DNA of 64,000 bases from Myxococcales bacterium (GTDB taxonomy: Bacteria > Myxococcota_A > Polyangia > Polyangiales > Polyangiaceae). The translations under genes and the position numbers were made by a program. The notes under the pieces are model-generated. The model searched no databases. It was not told the origin of the DNA and saw only the letters and a program-made list of their open reading frames with translations. Below, in pieces: positions 1-9,278 of this stretch. Position 1 is the stretch's first letter; each line of letters begins with the position of its first letter. The stretch spans positions 1-64,000 of the forward strand of contig JAYTOU010000040.1 in the NCBI GenBank assembly GCA_043747615.1, given 5' to 3'.

Positions 1-40
1 TGCTTCCCGCTTTGACTGGAGTGTCGTCGAAGGAGAGCGG

Positions 41-216
41 GAAGCTTCGATCGCGGAGGGCGCGGGCGATTTAGACGGCGGATGAAGCTTCCTGGGGAAG
101 GCCGGAAGCTTCGGGGGTGAGGAATCGCGCTTCGGGAGACAAGCCGGAAGCTTCAGCAGTGAGAGCTTTTGGGATTTATGGGACGGCGGAAGCCTTCGGG
201 GCGCGCGGGAAGCTTC
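41..216. repeat. Degenerate ~21-bp periodic repeat with palindromic core GAAGCTTC
   Basis: GAAGCTTC at 41, 84, 105, 147 and 209; degenerate copies at 126 (CGCGCTTC) and 189 (GAAGCCTT). Spacings are close to multiples of 21 bp. May continue upstream of the window. Confidence 0.6.
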
Positions 217-268
217 AGGAGCGAAGCGTCCGCCATGCGACCCCGGATTCCCCTCTCTGCCAACGTGC

Positions 269-607
269 GTGAGACCAGCGCCAACCCGCGCGCGCATCAC
301 GAGTGGCGCGCTTGCGGAGCTCGATTTCGGCCCCGACTGGTTCGTCCATGTCGCCTCCGATTGGACGTACGGTCACGGCCTCACACCCGGCCGCTACGAG
401 GTCGTAAGCGGCCACCAAACCCCATTCGCTCAGGTGGGCTTCGCTGGGTTCGCATGCACAGGCGTTCCCACGGGAAGCTTCACCATCATCGACATCGCGC
501 CGACCGACCGTGGTGATGAGCCGCCGCTGACGCGTCTAATTTTCTGGTTCGATCTGAGCTGCACCGGTCACGGCCGGCTCACGGGGTGCGTTCGGTACGG
601 CGGATGA
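269..607 (+). CDS. Hypothetical protein, possibly a C-terminal fragment
   Basis: Protein-like composition (GSFTIIDI...FDLSC...LTGCVRYGG); weak GTG start; no recognisable family. Confidence 0.35.
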   Translation: MRPAPTRARITSGALAELDFGPDWFVHVASDWTYGHGLTPGRYEVVSGHQTPFAQVGFAGFACTGVPTGSFTIIDIAPTDRGDEPPLTRLIFWFDLSCTGHGRLTGCVRYGG

Positions 608-796
608 TGAGCCTCACTTCACACGTCGTGACCTGACCCCCGACGGCGGCGCGCGATAGGCCTTCCCCGTCCAAGGTCGTCGATGTCCCCCCGGCCGCGA
701 TCGCCTCGTTGACGCTCGGCTCGATGTCCGTCGTGGGAGCCGGCGCTTGGGGTGCCGCGCAATCGCCGGTCTGATCACGGCACCCGAGCTGAAACG

Positions 797-825
797 AAAA
801 AGCCTCCGGAGGAGACCTCGGAGGC
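797..825 (-). terminator. Rho-independent terminator, probably the original tRNA-fMet terminator displaced by the island
   Basis: Stem GCCTCCG (802-808) / CGGAGGC (819-825) followed on the minus strand by T5 (A-run 797-801). It lies directly downstream of the tRNA 3' fragment at 828-872. Confidence 0.85.
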
Positions 826-827
826 AT

Positions 828-872
<45 letters not shown>

Positions 873-910
873 GAGAGGAAGAGATCCTTGTGCGGCTTGT
901 TAGTGCTTGT

Positions 911-3900
911 TTAGAAGCACTTTGACGGATTCGGAGCGGCTGTCAACTTGCCAATCTTACCACGCATCGCCGCTCTATGGCCCCGGATTGGCCCCGCGTT
1001 TCGAGCACGGCGACGGCACGCAAGGACGAGTAGAAGCGCCATCACGGAGGCGCTTGCAGGAATGTCTGATCGTGGGCGCGATACGCGGCAGCTGCAACCA
1101 CCGCCAGCTGCGACTGAACCGGGGTCCGTCTGGTCACCAGCGTTCGCGTCGCGCGCGGCATCTGTTGACGCACCATCCTCGCGCGCACCATCACTCTGCG
1201 CCGCATCGACCGCACTCGCATCATCGGTTCCCGCGTCGCCGGCGACCGCATCGCGTCCCGCGTCGACGATCGCTCCGTCGGGTCCGGCATCACCCGTCGA
1301 GCTATCCGCGCCCGCGTCACCGGTCGAGGCGTCGCGTCCTCCATCGATACCCGAATCGGGGATGGCTCCGCACAGGCCATCGACGCACACTCCCGCATCG
1401 CCGCACGACACGCCGTTTGCGGCGGGGAGGTCAGGCGCGCATTGAGCCGTCCCGCTACAAACCTCGGACACGTCGCAAGCGCTGACCGCAACTCGGCAGA
1501 CGACACCGGCGTCGGCGAACAGATCGGCCGGACACGCGTTGCTCGTCCCGGGGCAGTACTCAGGCACGTCACACACGGTCGTGGCGGGACGACAGGCCGT
1601 GCCTGACGTCGCGTACTGAAGTGCGGGACAGGTGACGCCCAGCCCGTCGCACTTCGTTGGAACCTCGCAGACGTTCGTCGAAGGCCGGCAAACCGTGCCC
1701 GCGTGAGCGACGCCACACGTACCATCGGCGCTTGCGCCCGCCGCTAGGCTGCAAGCCTGGCAGTCGGCCGTACTACCGCCGCCACACGCCGTGTCGCAGC
1801 ACACGCCATCGACGCAGAAGGTCGACGCGCAATCTGCGCTAGTCGTGCAGGTAGCGGCTTCGCCGACGAAACGAGCGCGCACCTGAAGGCCGCCTAGTAG
1901 GGGCTCGCGTGTGAACCGAGCGTAAACCACAAGCGATTTACCGGCACGGCTCGAGGCGACGCGCGGCGTGTGCGAGTTGGTGTTGTTAGGCTCGACGGAG
2001 ATCGCGATACCCCCCGTGGTCGGGGGTCCGTCTAGGAGAACACCATCGCTAGGGCGAACACGCGCGCCATAGACGTCGGTGCGTGTTCCGCCGCGCTGAC
2101 CCTCCCAGGCGACGAGATAGTTCGTTCCGTCGAAGCCAACTGAGGGCACCAGCGGCGAAACCGGTGACCCGATCGACACGGAAATGCCTGAAGTACCATT
2201 GAGCAGTAAGCCATCCGAAGGGCGCAGCCGGTTACCGCTTACGCTCCCATTCGCGTTCCAAACGAGCAGGTAGTTAGTACCGTCGAACGCGACATCTGGA
2301 TGGTCGCCGGAGTTCGCAAAAACGCCGCCAGCCGACGGAAGCCGATCAAGAAGAGCGCCGTCTGAGGCGCGTACCCGTGCTGCGGCGACGCCTTGGCCCT
2401 CCCACACGACCAAATAGTTCGTTCCGTCGAAGGCCACTGCAGGACGGGCGAGTGAGCTCGTCGTGGGTGCCGCGATTAGCGTGCCCGTGTCGAGGATGCT
2501 TGCGTTAGGGGCGACACGCGAGCCGTAGATGGAGCCGGTGGAACCATTTGTCCAAACGACGAAATAGTTCGTCCCGTCGAAGATTACTCGAGGCTGACTT
2601 CCCGTCGCGGACGAGATCTGAAATCCTGCGGTCGCTGGCGGTCCGTCGAGGAGCACCCCGTCCGATGCACGAACGCGTGCGCCGTACACGTGCCCCCGAT
2701 TATCAGACCAGACGACGAGATAATTCGTACCGTCGAAAGCGACACTGCCGGGGCCGACGAAATTGCTGTCGGCGGTTGAGATCACTATTCCGCTTGGATC
2801 CAGCATTGAGCCGTCCGTTCCGCGAACGCGCGCTGCCATCAACTTCACCGAATTGAAGAGTCCCGTTCCGTCCAGCCAGACGACGAGATAGTTCGTGCCG
2901 TCGAAGGCGGCGACCGGCGCGGTCTCAGGTCGCGTCGCCTGCGAGATCAGCGTTCCGCGGGCGCTTGGGTCGAACGGAGAAGGCCCCTCAAGGACGGCGC
3001 CATCGGAGGGCCGAACGTGGGCTCCAAAAATATTGGTGCCACTGCCTGTTTGATCCCAAACGACGAAGTAGTTGGTGCCGTCAAACGTCACTGAGCCTGG
3101 CGCACCGGGCGATAGAAAGATGCCCGGGAGGAGCGCACCGTCGGAACACCGTATGCGTGCGCCATACCCGTTGAATGAGTTGGTCCAGGTCACGAAAAAA
3201 TTCGTTCCGTCCGAAGCGACAGAGGGCCGGCCGCCCGATCCAACGCGGATCCCGCCCGAGCTCGGCGGCCCGTCGAGCAGCGCGCCATCCGACGCTCGCA
3301 CGCGCATCGCGTGTATGTCGACGTATCCCCAGGCGATGAGGTAGTTCGTTCCGTCGAAGGCTACGGCAGGAAACATGGATCCCGCGTTGCCGCCTGCCGA
3401 GTTGACGAGAAATCCTTCCGGCGGGTCTAGAAGCGTCAGGTCAGAAGTGCGAACACGCGCCGCGTGGATCAGCGCGACTGGGCTCGGCGCCGGTTGATCA
3501 GCCCACGCGAAGAGGTAGTTCGTCCCGTCGAATGCGACCGCCCCGCCTCCGCCGCTCGTGGTGAACGCGAATCCGTCGGGGCCATCAAGAATCGCGAGAT
3601 CCCCCGGTCGCACGCGCGTCGCGTGGTTGCCGGCCAACACTAGGAAGTTTGTGCCATCGAAAATCACCGAGGAGGCCCCCCGGAACGAAAGACCGCGAGG
3701 CGCAGTCGCCGGTCCATCGAGGAGGGCGCCATCGGCCGCGCGTACGCGCACTCCGTGGCCGTTGAAGACGACAAGGTAATTCACGCCATCGAAAGCGACG
3801 TCCGGATCGCTACCCGAGCCGTCGAGGGTTGAGATTGTGATCCCGACCGGGTCCAGCACCGTTCCATCGAACGCTACGCGAGCACCCATGATCGCCATCG

Positions 3901-4837
3901 TCGGCGTCCATTCGCGCCAGTCGGACCAAGTCACGAAATACTGGCCGTTGCCGCGCGCGACCTTTGGGCGCTGCTCCCTTCCTCCCACCCCTAACGCGAT
4001 TACCGGATTGTCCACGCCGAACTCGGGCGAGACCGTCGGATCGAGAACTGCGGGGTACTTGCTAGCGAGGATCACGCTCTCGGGGACGCGAAGCTCGATA
4101 ACCTCCCCCGTCCATCGCGGCACGATGTCCGTCCGGTTCCCAATCGCATCCACCCAAGTCGCGTTCCCGTATCGAAGACCAACCTTCGCTTTTCCATCGA
4201 CGAAGTGAAGACCGTTACGCGTCTGCGAGTCGAAGGTCTCGCCTTTCACCCGGACCGAAAGAGCGAGATCGCCGTGCCCCGCAGGTCGATTTCGGAACGT
4301 CCACGATTGCTCAACCCCGCCTTCGGTATTTTGGAGCCGCTCGACGGCATCGCCGCGCGGGATCAGAAGAACCCCATGCTCGCTGACGCTCGCGTGCTCG
4401 CCGGCGGTTGAGAGCAGGGTCGTCGTTCCGCGCGCGATCTGCCTGACATCGAACGTCGCAGGAACCCCGACGACCGGCTCGGCAGACTTGGTGAATTGCG
4501 GGAAGTACCGTGGCGTCACGGAGAGCACGTCCGCGGACGCGGTGACTCCGTACGTTGCGTTGCCTCCCGACCACGTCGCAGGTTCGGCCGAAGGACGGAA
4601 TGCGAGACGCGCGCGGCTTCCGATTGCGTTGAGAGTGAGAGGGGCCGATACGCGTGGCGACGACGTTCGCGAAGGAGCGGGCGGCTGTGCGCCGAGCCCC
4701 GAGGAAATATCGCTTTGCTGGCAAGAGAGAAGGAGCAGCACCACCGCGAGCACGCCAGTCCACCCGTGGCTCCGGCGCTCCGAGCACTTGATTTGCGCTG
4801 ACCAGATTTCCCGCTCGTGGCGGACAGCTCTTTGCAC
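911..4837 (-). CDS. Large surface protein: N-terminal beta-rich domain, ~14 (F/S)DGTNY repeats (probable double beta-propeller), Cys-rich disintegrin-like repeats, DAG-rich linker, MYXO-CTERM sorting signal
   Basis: Hydrophobic N-terminal segment with lipobox-like LLLLSC; repeated AFDGTNYLVVW; CRP..xxCDVPEYC motifs; C-terminal GGGCSC..hydrophobic..RRR. Start codon uncertain. Confidence 0.85.
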   Translation of the reverse strand: MQRAVRHEREIWSAQIKCSERRSHGWTGVLAVVLLLLSCQQSDISSGLGAQPPAPSRTSSPRVSAPLTLNAIGSRARLAFRPSAEPATWSGGNATYGVTASADVLSVTPRYFPQFTKSAEPVVGVPATFDVRQIARGTTTLLSTAGEHASVSEHGVLLIPRGDAVERLQNTEGGVEQSWTFRNRPAGHGDLALSVRVKGETFDSQTRNGLHFVDGKAKVGLRYGNATWVDAIGNRTDIVPRWTGEVIELRVPESVILASKYPAVLDPTVSPEFGVDNPVIALGVGGREQRPKVARGNGQYFVTWSDWREWTPTMAIMGARVAFDGTVLDPVGITISTLDGSGSDPDVAFDGVNYLVVFNGHGVRVRAADGALLDGPATAPRGLSFRGASSVIFDGTNFLVLAGNHATRVRPGDLAILDGPDGFAFTTSGGGGAVAFDGTNYLFAWADQPAPSPVALIHAARVRTSDLTLLDPPEGFLVNSAGGNAGSMFPAVAFDGTNYLIAWGYVDIHAMRVRASDGALLDGPPSSGGIRVGSGGRPSVASDGTNFFVTWTNSFNGYGARIRCSDGALLPGIFLSPGAPGSVTFDGTNYFVVWDQTGSGTNIFGAHVRPSDGAVLEGPSPFDPSARGTLISQATRPETAPVAAFDGTNYLVVWLDGTGLFNSVKLMAARVRGTDGSMLDPSGIVISTADSNFVGPGSVAFDGTNYLVVWSDNRGHVYGARVRASDGVLLDGPPATAGFQISSATGSQPRVIFDGTNYFVVWTNGSTGSIYGSRVAPNASILDTGTLIAAPTTSSLARPAVAFDGTNYLVVWEGQGVAAARVRASDGALLDRLPSAGGVFANSGDHPDVAFDGTNYLLVWNANGSVSGNRLRPSDGLLLNGTSGISVSIGSPVSPLVPSVGFDGTNYLVAWEGQRGGTRTDVYGARVRPSDGVLLDGPPTTGGIAISVEPNNTNSHTPRVASSRAGKSLVVYARFTREPLLGGLQVRARFVGEAATCTTSADCASTFCVDGVCCDTACGGGSTADCQACSLAAGASADGTCGVAHAGTVCRPSTNVCEVPTKCDGLGVTCPALQYATSGTACRPATTVCDVPEYCPGTSNACPADLFADAGVVCRVAVSACDVSEVCSGTAQCAPDLPAANGVSCGDAGVCVDGLCGAIPDSGIDGGRDASTGDAGADSSTGDAGPDGAIVDAGRDAVAGDAGTDDASAVDAAQSDGAREDGASTDAARDANAGDQTDPGSVAAGGGCSCRVSRPRSDIPASASVMALLLVLACRRRARNAGPIRGHRAAMRGKIGKLTAAPNPSKCF
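978..998. promoter_or_regulatory. Putative integrase arm-type binding sites, left end
   Basis: TGGCCCCGGA-T-TGGCCCCGCG matches the tandem TGGCCCCAGA-T-TGGCCCCAGA at 21730-21750 near the other att. Confidence 0.7.
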
Positions 4838-4883
4838 ACTACGATCCTACGCCTCTGGGCTGGAAGCAGGCTGCCTTTCACGG

Positions 4884-5055
4884 TCATCCGTGGCGGCCCA
4901 GCGCCAGTACTTGCTGCTTCTTCTCGTCGCTCAAGACGTTGCCCATTCCGGCGGTTGGGCATCGGCCCGCGCGCCCGTCTCAACGTCTCGCTCTTCAGCC
5001 CCGTTGGCCGGTTTTCAGACGATCATCCTTGGCGGGTTTTGGGTGATCCCCGAGG
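4884..5055 (-). mobile_element. istA: IS21-family remnant: left end plus first 20 codons of istA
   Basis: Minus strand 4946-4884 reads MGNVLSDEKKQQVLALGRHG*, matching the N-terminus of a widespread IstA group. Tandem terminal motifs TGGCCGGTTTTCAGACGATC (5005-5024) and TGGCGGGTTTTGGGTGATC (5030-5048) resemble IS21 ends. Confidence 0.8.
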
Positions 5056-5236
5056 AGCCTGCAAGCTTCAAGACGATCAGCACATCCTGTTGCTTCAACA
5101 CGGTATTATTCTATTCGCGAATCGCGCAAGGTGACGCTCTGCCGACTTGCCATGGGATGCCGACGTTGAACGAGGGAATCGAAACGAGCCTAAGCGCCGG
5201 ACGGAAACCGCCTAGCAACGGCTCGGGACGGTCACC

Positions 5237-6268
5237 ATGGACGCGGTGAAGAGCATGAGGTCACTCTTGGACATGCCCGAATTTGAATCGGAGTTAATCG
5301 AGGAAAAGAGCGGCTACAGCAGGCTGACTGACCTCGCGCCCAAGGAGTGGTTTACCGGCTCGACCGAGCGCGCAGTGTGGATGCGGATTTACGATGCGCT
5401 CCGCGTTGAACTCCCGGCGCTTCCGGCCCCTGGGGCCACGCTGGAATTCAGCATCACCGACGATGTTCACGTGGTTATCCGGCCAGCCGGCTTCAACTAT
5501 CCCGAGCGTCCGGGTGTGACTCAGCTCGGTGGCGTCTACGGTACTCCCCAGAAGACACCTGGCCTCGTGGAGCTCCCACCGGGCACGTATACGATTCTCA
5601 TGACGCCATTTGACGACTCGCCCGAAGGCGAGACCGACGCCGTGCGCCGTATCGATATCGGAGCTGCGATGTGCGCGGCAGTGCTCTCACCACGCCTCGT
5701 CTTCCGGCAGATCACGGAGCACGCAGAATGGGTCGATACCAAACGCTGCAAAGTCATGTCGGACGCTTTTCGAAATCCGGATCTTTTTCGTCCGGCCGAA
5801 CTCACCAAACCGCGAGTCACCTTGTTGCGTCGGGCCGGCGCCGCGATTGAGGCGCTCGGCCCGGACGATCGCAACCGCTGTCGTCTGGCGCTTCGCTGGT
5901 ACCGGCAAGCATTGGCTGATACACGCGTGGACGCCTTTCTGAAGATCTGGATCGCGATCGAATGTCTTGCTCAAATGGGCAGTTCCGATTGGAAAAAACT
6001 CGCGAAAGTTCTCGCGCGAGAATACGGGACGACGTTCGACGTCGTCGCTCGAGACTTCGACCTCGCCGAGCTCGCGCAGTTGCGACATGACGTATTTCAC
6101 AGAGGGGCGACGCCGTTCATTCATGGCCGGATTCTCCTCGTCGCGTTCGGCGTATTTGAAGACGTCCTTCTAAACTTGCTTGGGCTGCCCACGGAAAGGC
6201 GCGCCGCGGCAGCTCTTGGAGGAACAGCGTTTGACGTGAAGGCCCTTACGTCGGGGGCACGTGGTTAG
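5237..6268 (+). CDS. HEPN-domain protein (ApeA/MauJ-like), putative RNase
   Basis: C-terminal RLALRWYRQAL...DAFLKIWIAIECL...LRHDVFHRG with an RxxxxH motif; located in a defence island. Confidence 0.7.
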   Translation: MDAVKSMRSLLDMPEFESELIEEKSGYSRLTDLAPKEWFTGSTERAVWMRIYDALRVELPALPAPGATLEFSITDDVHVVIRPAGFNYPERPGVTQLGGVYGTPQKTPGLVELPPGTYTILMTPFDDSPEGETDAVRRIDIGAAMCAAVLSPRLVFRQITEHAEWVDTKRCKVMSDAFRNPDLFRPAELTKPRVTLLRRAGAAIEALGPDDRNRCRLALRWYRQALADTRVDAFLKIWIAIECLAQMGSSDWKKLAKVLAREYGTTFDVVARDFDLAELAQLRHDVFHRGATPFIHGRILLVAFGVFEDVLLNLLGLPTERRAAAALGGTAFDVKALTSGARG

Positions 6269-6714
6269 AGACCGGTCGCCGACGAGATTCGCGGTTCGGC
6301 GGATTCATGGGATCTAACGTTGGGGGCTATCGGTCCGGGCACCTCGACTGTGCGAAGCTCTTCTCGCCGCGGTCTTTGTTTGGCGCATGCGTCCAAGCCG
6401 CGGCGTCCCGCGCCCGGGCACCCTCCACGGGTGATGAGCTTCATCGTGAATGCGTCGGCTTCGCTTCCCGCCCCTTGGCAAGGAGGCTGGCACTGCTACG
6501 GGCCGCGGTCGCATCGGTAGCAACCACTCGTCGCAAGCCGTCTACGTGACCTGAAGACGCAAGCCTGACCGAGCTTGGGGCCATCGAGATGATGACGCGC
6601 CGTACGGCGGAGCTCAGCGAGCTCTCTACTCCTTCGTGATGAGGACCCTTCGTTACGTCTTTTGGCCCGTCTATCGAAGCAGGGCATCGCTGACACACGC
6701 AGCGCTGAAGTGCG

Positions 6715-9249
6715 CTAGCCTTGCAGCCTCAGATCGAGCAGCGCGACTCTGGGCGCGAATGCGCCGTGGAAAGCGATGGCGGTGCGTAGAAGCCACTCGA
6801 TCGCGCTCGGCCAGGCGACGCGGTCGTGCAGCTTCATCGGCTGATTGAGAACGATCGTCTTCATGCGCTTATCGGGGTACGGATTCCACTGAAGTTCTGC
6901 CCCAATCTCCTGCTCTATTTGTTCACGCTCGCGGAGGAGCAACTCAAGAGCACGGTCCGCCTTCTCGGGCATCAAAACGACCTTCACCGCAATCTTATGG
7001 TCCACCGTGTTAGCGGTAAGCGCGAGATGAATGCCGGTCCGGCCGAGGGCTACGTCGAACCAATATTGCGGCCGTGGCATTTGCAAAGATGGAAATTTGC
7101 CCGTTGCCTGAAGAGCCTCGCGCACCGCGGTCCAGAACTCTTGCTGAAGCGCCTTCGCCTGCGTCGATGCCTCCACTCCTTTGTGTTCTTCGTCGGCACC
7201 GGCGTCGGCCGTCCGGCGGTGCTCGACCGCCCACTCTTCGTGGCCTAGCCCCGCGAGCTGGGCTGCTTGTACGCATAGCCTGTGGATCGTCGACGCGGAG
7301 TGATTCGTTTCCAGGTATGCGCCATTGGTCAACTTGCGCAATCGGCTGCTTCGGCGGAATGCCGTCGCGTCGCGATTCACAAACTTCGGCAACTCGCGCA
7401 TGACCGCATCGAACTCGTCGTCACCCACCCTCGCTATCGCCTCCATAGTGACCACCGCGACGTCCACCCACGACGATACGGGGGTCAGCTCACCGCGAAC
7501 CCGCACGACGGACGGCACTCTCCCCGTTACCTCGGCATCCTCCGGCGATTGCAACGGAACACCAGCGTGGGGGGAGCCGAAGTAGGGCCAGATGGTGAGC
7601 GCTTGATCGCTAAGCACCTCGGACCGTCGCTCGATTTCCTCCCCCGTCCAGCGGACCAGAGGACCGAAGTACCGGTTCAATTCCACGTGGCTCGCCGAGA
7701 AAAGTCTTTTCTTTTCCTCGAACGGAGAATTGCTGAGTTCCGAGTTGTAGCTCGTGAGCGTCAGGTTCCCGAGCGTATGGAGGAATTGTTCGTGATCCTC
7801 TTCCCACGCAGCGCCAAGGTGCTCCTTCCATGGATCGCTGGGTGACTGGGGCATGACATGCTCTATCGTGAGCGCCTCCGCCAGTACCGTCTCCTTGTGC
7901 CCTATGGCTGCTTCGAGCGCCTCGAGAATCAGTTTCGTCTTCTCGCGCCGATCGCCCCCTCCATAGAGTCTCGCAGAGCCGAGTCGCTCGCGGAACTCCT
8001 CGTCGCGAGGGTAGCTGCGCGTGCTCGACGCAAGCACCTTACTGGCAGCGGCGATGAAGTCACCGTCTGTCCGCGCCGCGTGTTCGTACAGTGAAGCAAA
8101 TATCTTATTGAGTCCGTGCGTCGGAATTCCACATACGAAGCGACGTACCAAGAAGTTTTCGGTGACGTCCAGGATCGCACTAAATTCATCTTCAGTCCGC
8201 TTGCCGGCCGCAACGTCGGCGTAGACGGCGAGTAAGAATGGGTAAGCGACTGTCACCTCCAATCGGTTCAAGCGCTCGAGTCGATGCCGGACGCCCAGGC
8301 TTCGCGCCTTTTCAGGACGGAGAAGCACTTCGTAATATTCCGAATACTGAGCGAGCTCTTTCAGATGCTCGAGCGGCGTGCGCGATTTGTCGCCGTCCAC
8401 GCGGCTCTTAAGCGCGGCATACACATCCGTCTCGCGCACGACTCCACCAAATCGCATCAGGTAATGGCGAACGAAACCGGTGAGGACGTCCTCCCCCGAT
8501 GCCCGCTGCATTCTTCGCTGCATCGGCCGCCAAAGATCCACGTAGACGCGCTCGTGGTCCCTCTCGTTCAATCGCATGAAGAAAAAATTGCGAATCAGAT
8601 CGGCCTGCGACAGCGGACGGCCTTTGCCGTTGAGGCTTTCGAATATCCGATGTGGATTGTCCTTCTCATCAAGAATGATGCTGACGAGCGTGAGCTTGCC
8701 GACGATCACCCAAAAGAGAGCCTCAAGGTCCGGGGCATCTGCGCGCCGCAGCTTGCTCGCGAAAAAGTGGTAGGCCGCGCCAATGCCGCTCTTCGTAATC
8801 CCAGTCGAACCCTCGACCAGCCGGACAAAGGCTTCTCGATCGCTCTCTGTGGGCTCTTCTCCCTGCGTGGGAAGGAGCTTGTACTGTTCGTTTCCTTCTT
8901 CATGCCGGTTCGTGATCAGGTCCTGAACGCGCTCGGCGAGCTTGGATGCTCCCGCCTCACGGGCGCGATCCCGTATGAGCGTCAGGAGGACAAGAAGGGT
9001 CGTAAGCCTCTGTTGGCCGTCGATTAGAAGTCGCTTTTCGACTCCCTCGGGCGTCGAGCGCGCTGGCGAAGTCACGATCGAGCCAATGAAGTGAGGCTCC
9101 GCGTCGGGCGTTTCGAGGAGTCCAAGGATGTCTGCCCAGAGAGCTTTCCATTGCTCATCGTTCCACGAGTAGGGTCGCTGATAGTGGGGTACCAGGAACT
9201 GCTTGTCGCCCTGAAGCACCTTCTGAATTTTTGCCTCGGCTGCGTCCAT
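6715..9249 (-). CDS. gmrSD: GmrSD-family Type IV restriction nuclease (DUF262 + DUF1524/HNH) with extra C-terminal domains including DUF4268
   Basis: VPHYQRPYSW, LIDGQQRLTT, IFESLNGKG, TIEHVMPQ, LGNLTL..NSELSN; C-terminal QQEFWT..PRPQYW..IEQEIGAELQW. SD GAGGGGAG upstream of the ATG. Confidence 0.9.
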   Translation of the reverse strand: MDAAEAKIQKVLQGDKQFLVPHYQRPYSWNDEQWKALWADILGLLETPDAEPHFIGSIVTSPARSTPEGVEKRLLIDGQQRLTTLLVLLTLIRDRAREAGASKLAERVQDLITNRHEEGNEQYKLLPTQGEEPTESDREAFVRLVEGSTGITKSGIGAAYHFFASKLRRADAPDLEALFWVIVGKLTLVSIILDEKDNPHRIFESLNGKGRPLSQADLIRNFFFMRLNERDHERVYVDLWRPMQRRMQRASGEDVLTGFVRHYLMRFGGVVRETDVYAALKSRVDGDKSRTPLEHLKELAQYSEYYEVLLRPEKARSLGVRHRLERLNRLEVTVAYPFLLAVYADVAAGKRTEDEFSAILDVTENFLVRRFVCGIPTHGLNKIFASLYEHAARTDGDFIAAASKVLASSTRSYPRDEEFRERLGSARLYGGGDRREKTKLILEALEAAIGHKETVLAEALTIEHVMPQSPSDPWKEHLGAAWEEDHEQFLHTLGNLTLTSYNSELSNSPFEEKKRLFSASHVELNRYFGPLVRWTGEEIERRSEVLSDQALTIWPYFGSPHAGVPLQSPEDAEVTGRVPSVVRVRGELTPVSSWVDVAVVTMEAIARVGDDEFDAVMRELPKFVNRDATAFRRSSRLRKLTNGAYLETNHSASTIHRLCVQAAQLAGLGHEEWAVEHRRTADAGADEEHKGVEASTQAKALQQEFWTAVREALQATGKFPSLQMPRPQYWFDVALGRTGIHLALTANTVDHKIAVKVVLMPEKADRALELLLREREQIEQEIGAELQWNPYPDKRMKTIVLNQPMKLHDRVAWPSAIEWLLRTAIAFHGAFAPRVALLDLRLQG

Positions 9250-9278
9250 CAATGCTCCCCTCGATCCCTGTTGTGATG

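Noticed and set aside
41..216. CRISPR array
   Set aside because: The conserved core is only 8 bp, the spacers are ~13 bp, and no cas genes are in the window.
6312..6384. Integron attC-like site (ATCTAAC ... GTTTGGC) after the HEPN gene
   Set aside because: The core and inverse core match poorly, the inner boxes are not complementary, and the integrase is not IntI-type.
6307..6698. Small overlapping ORFs between HEPN and gmrSD
   Set aside because: No motifs, weak coding bias and mutually overlapping; at most decayed sequence.
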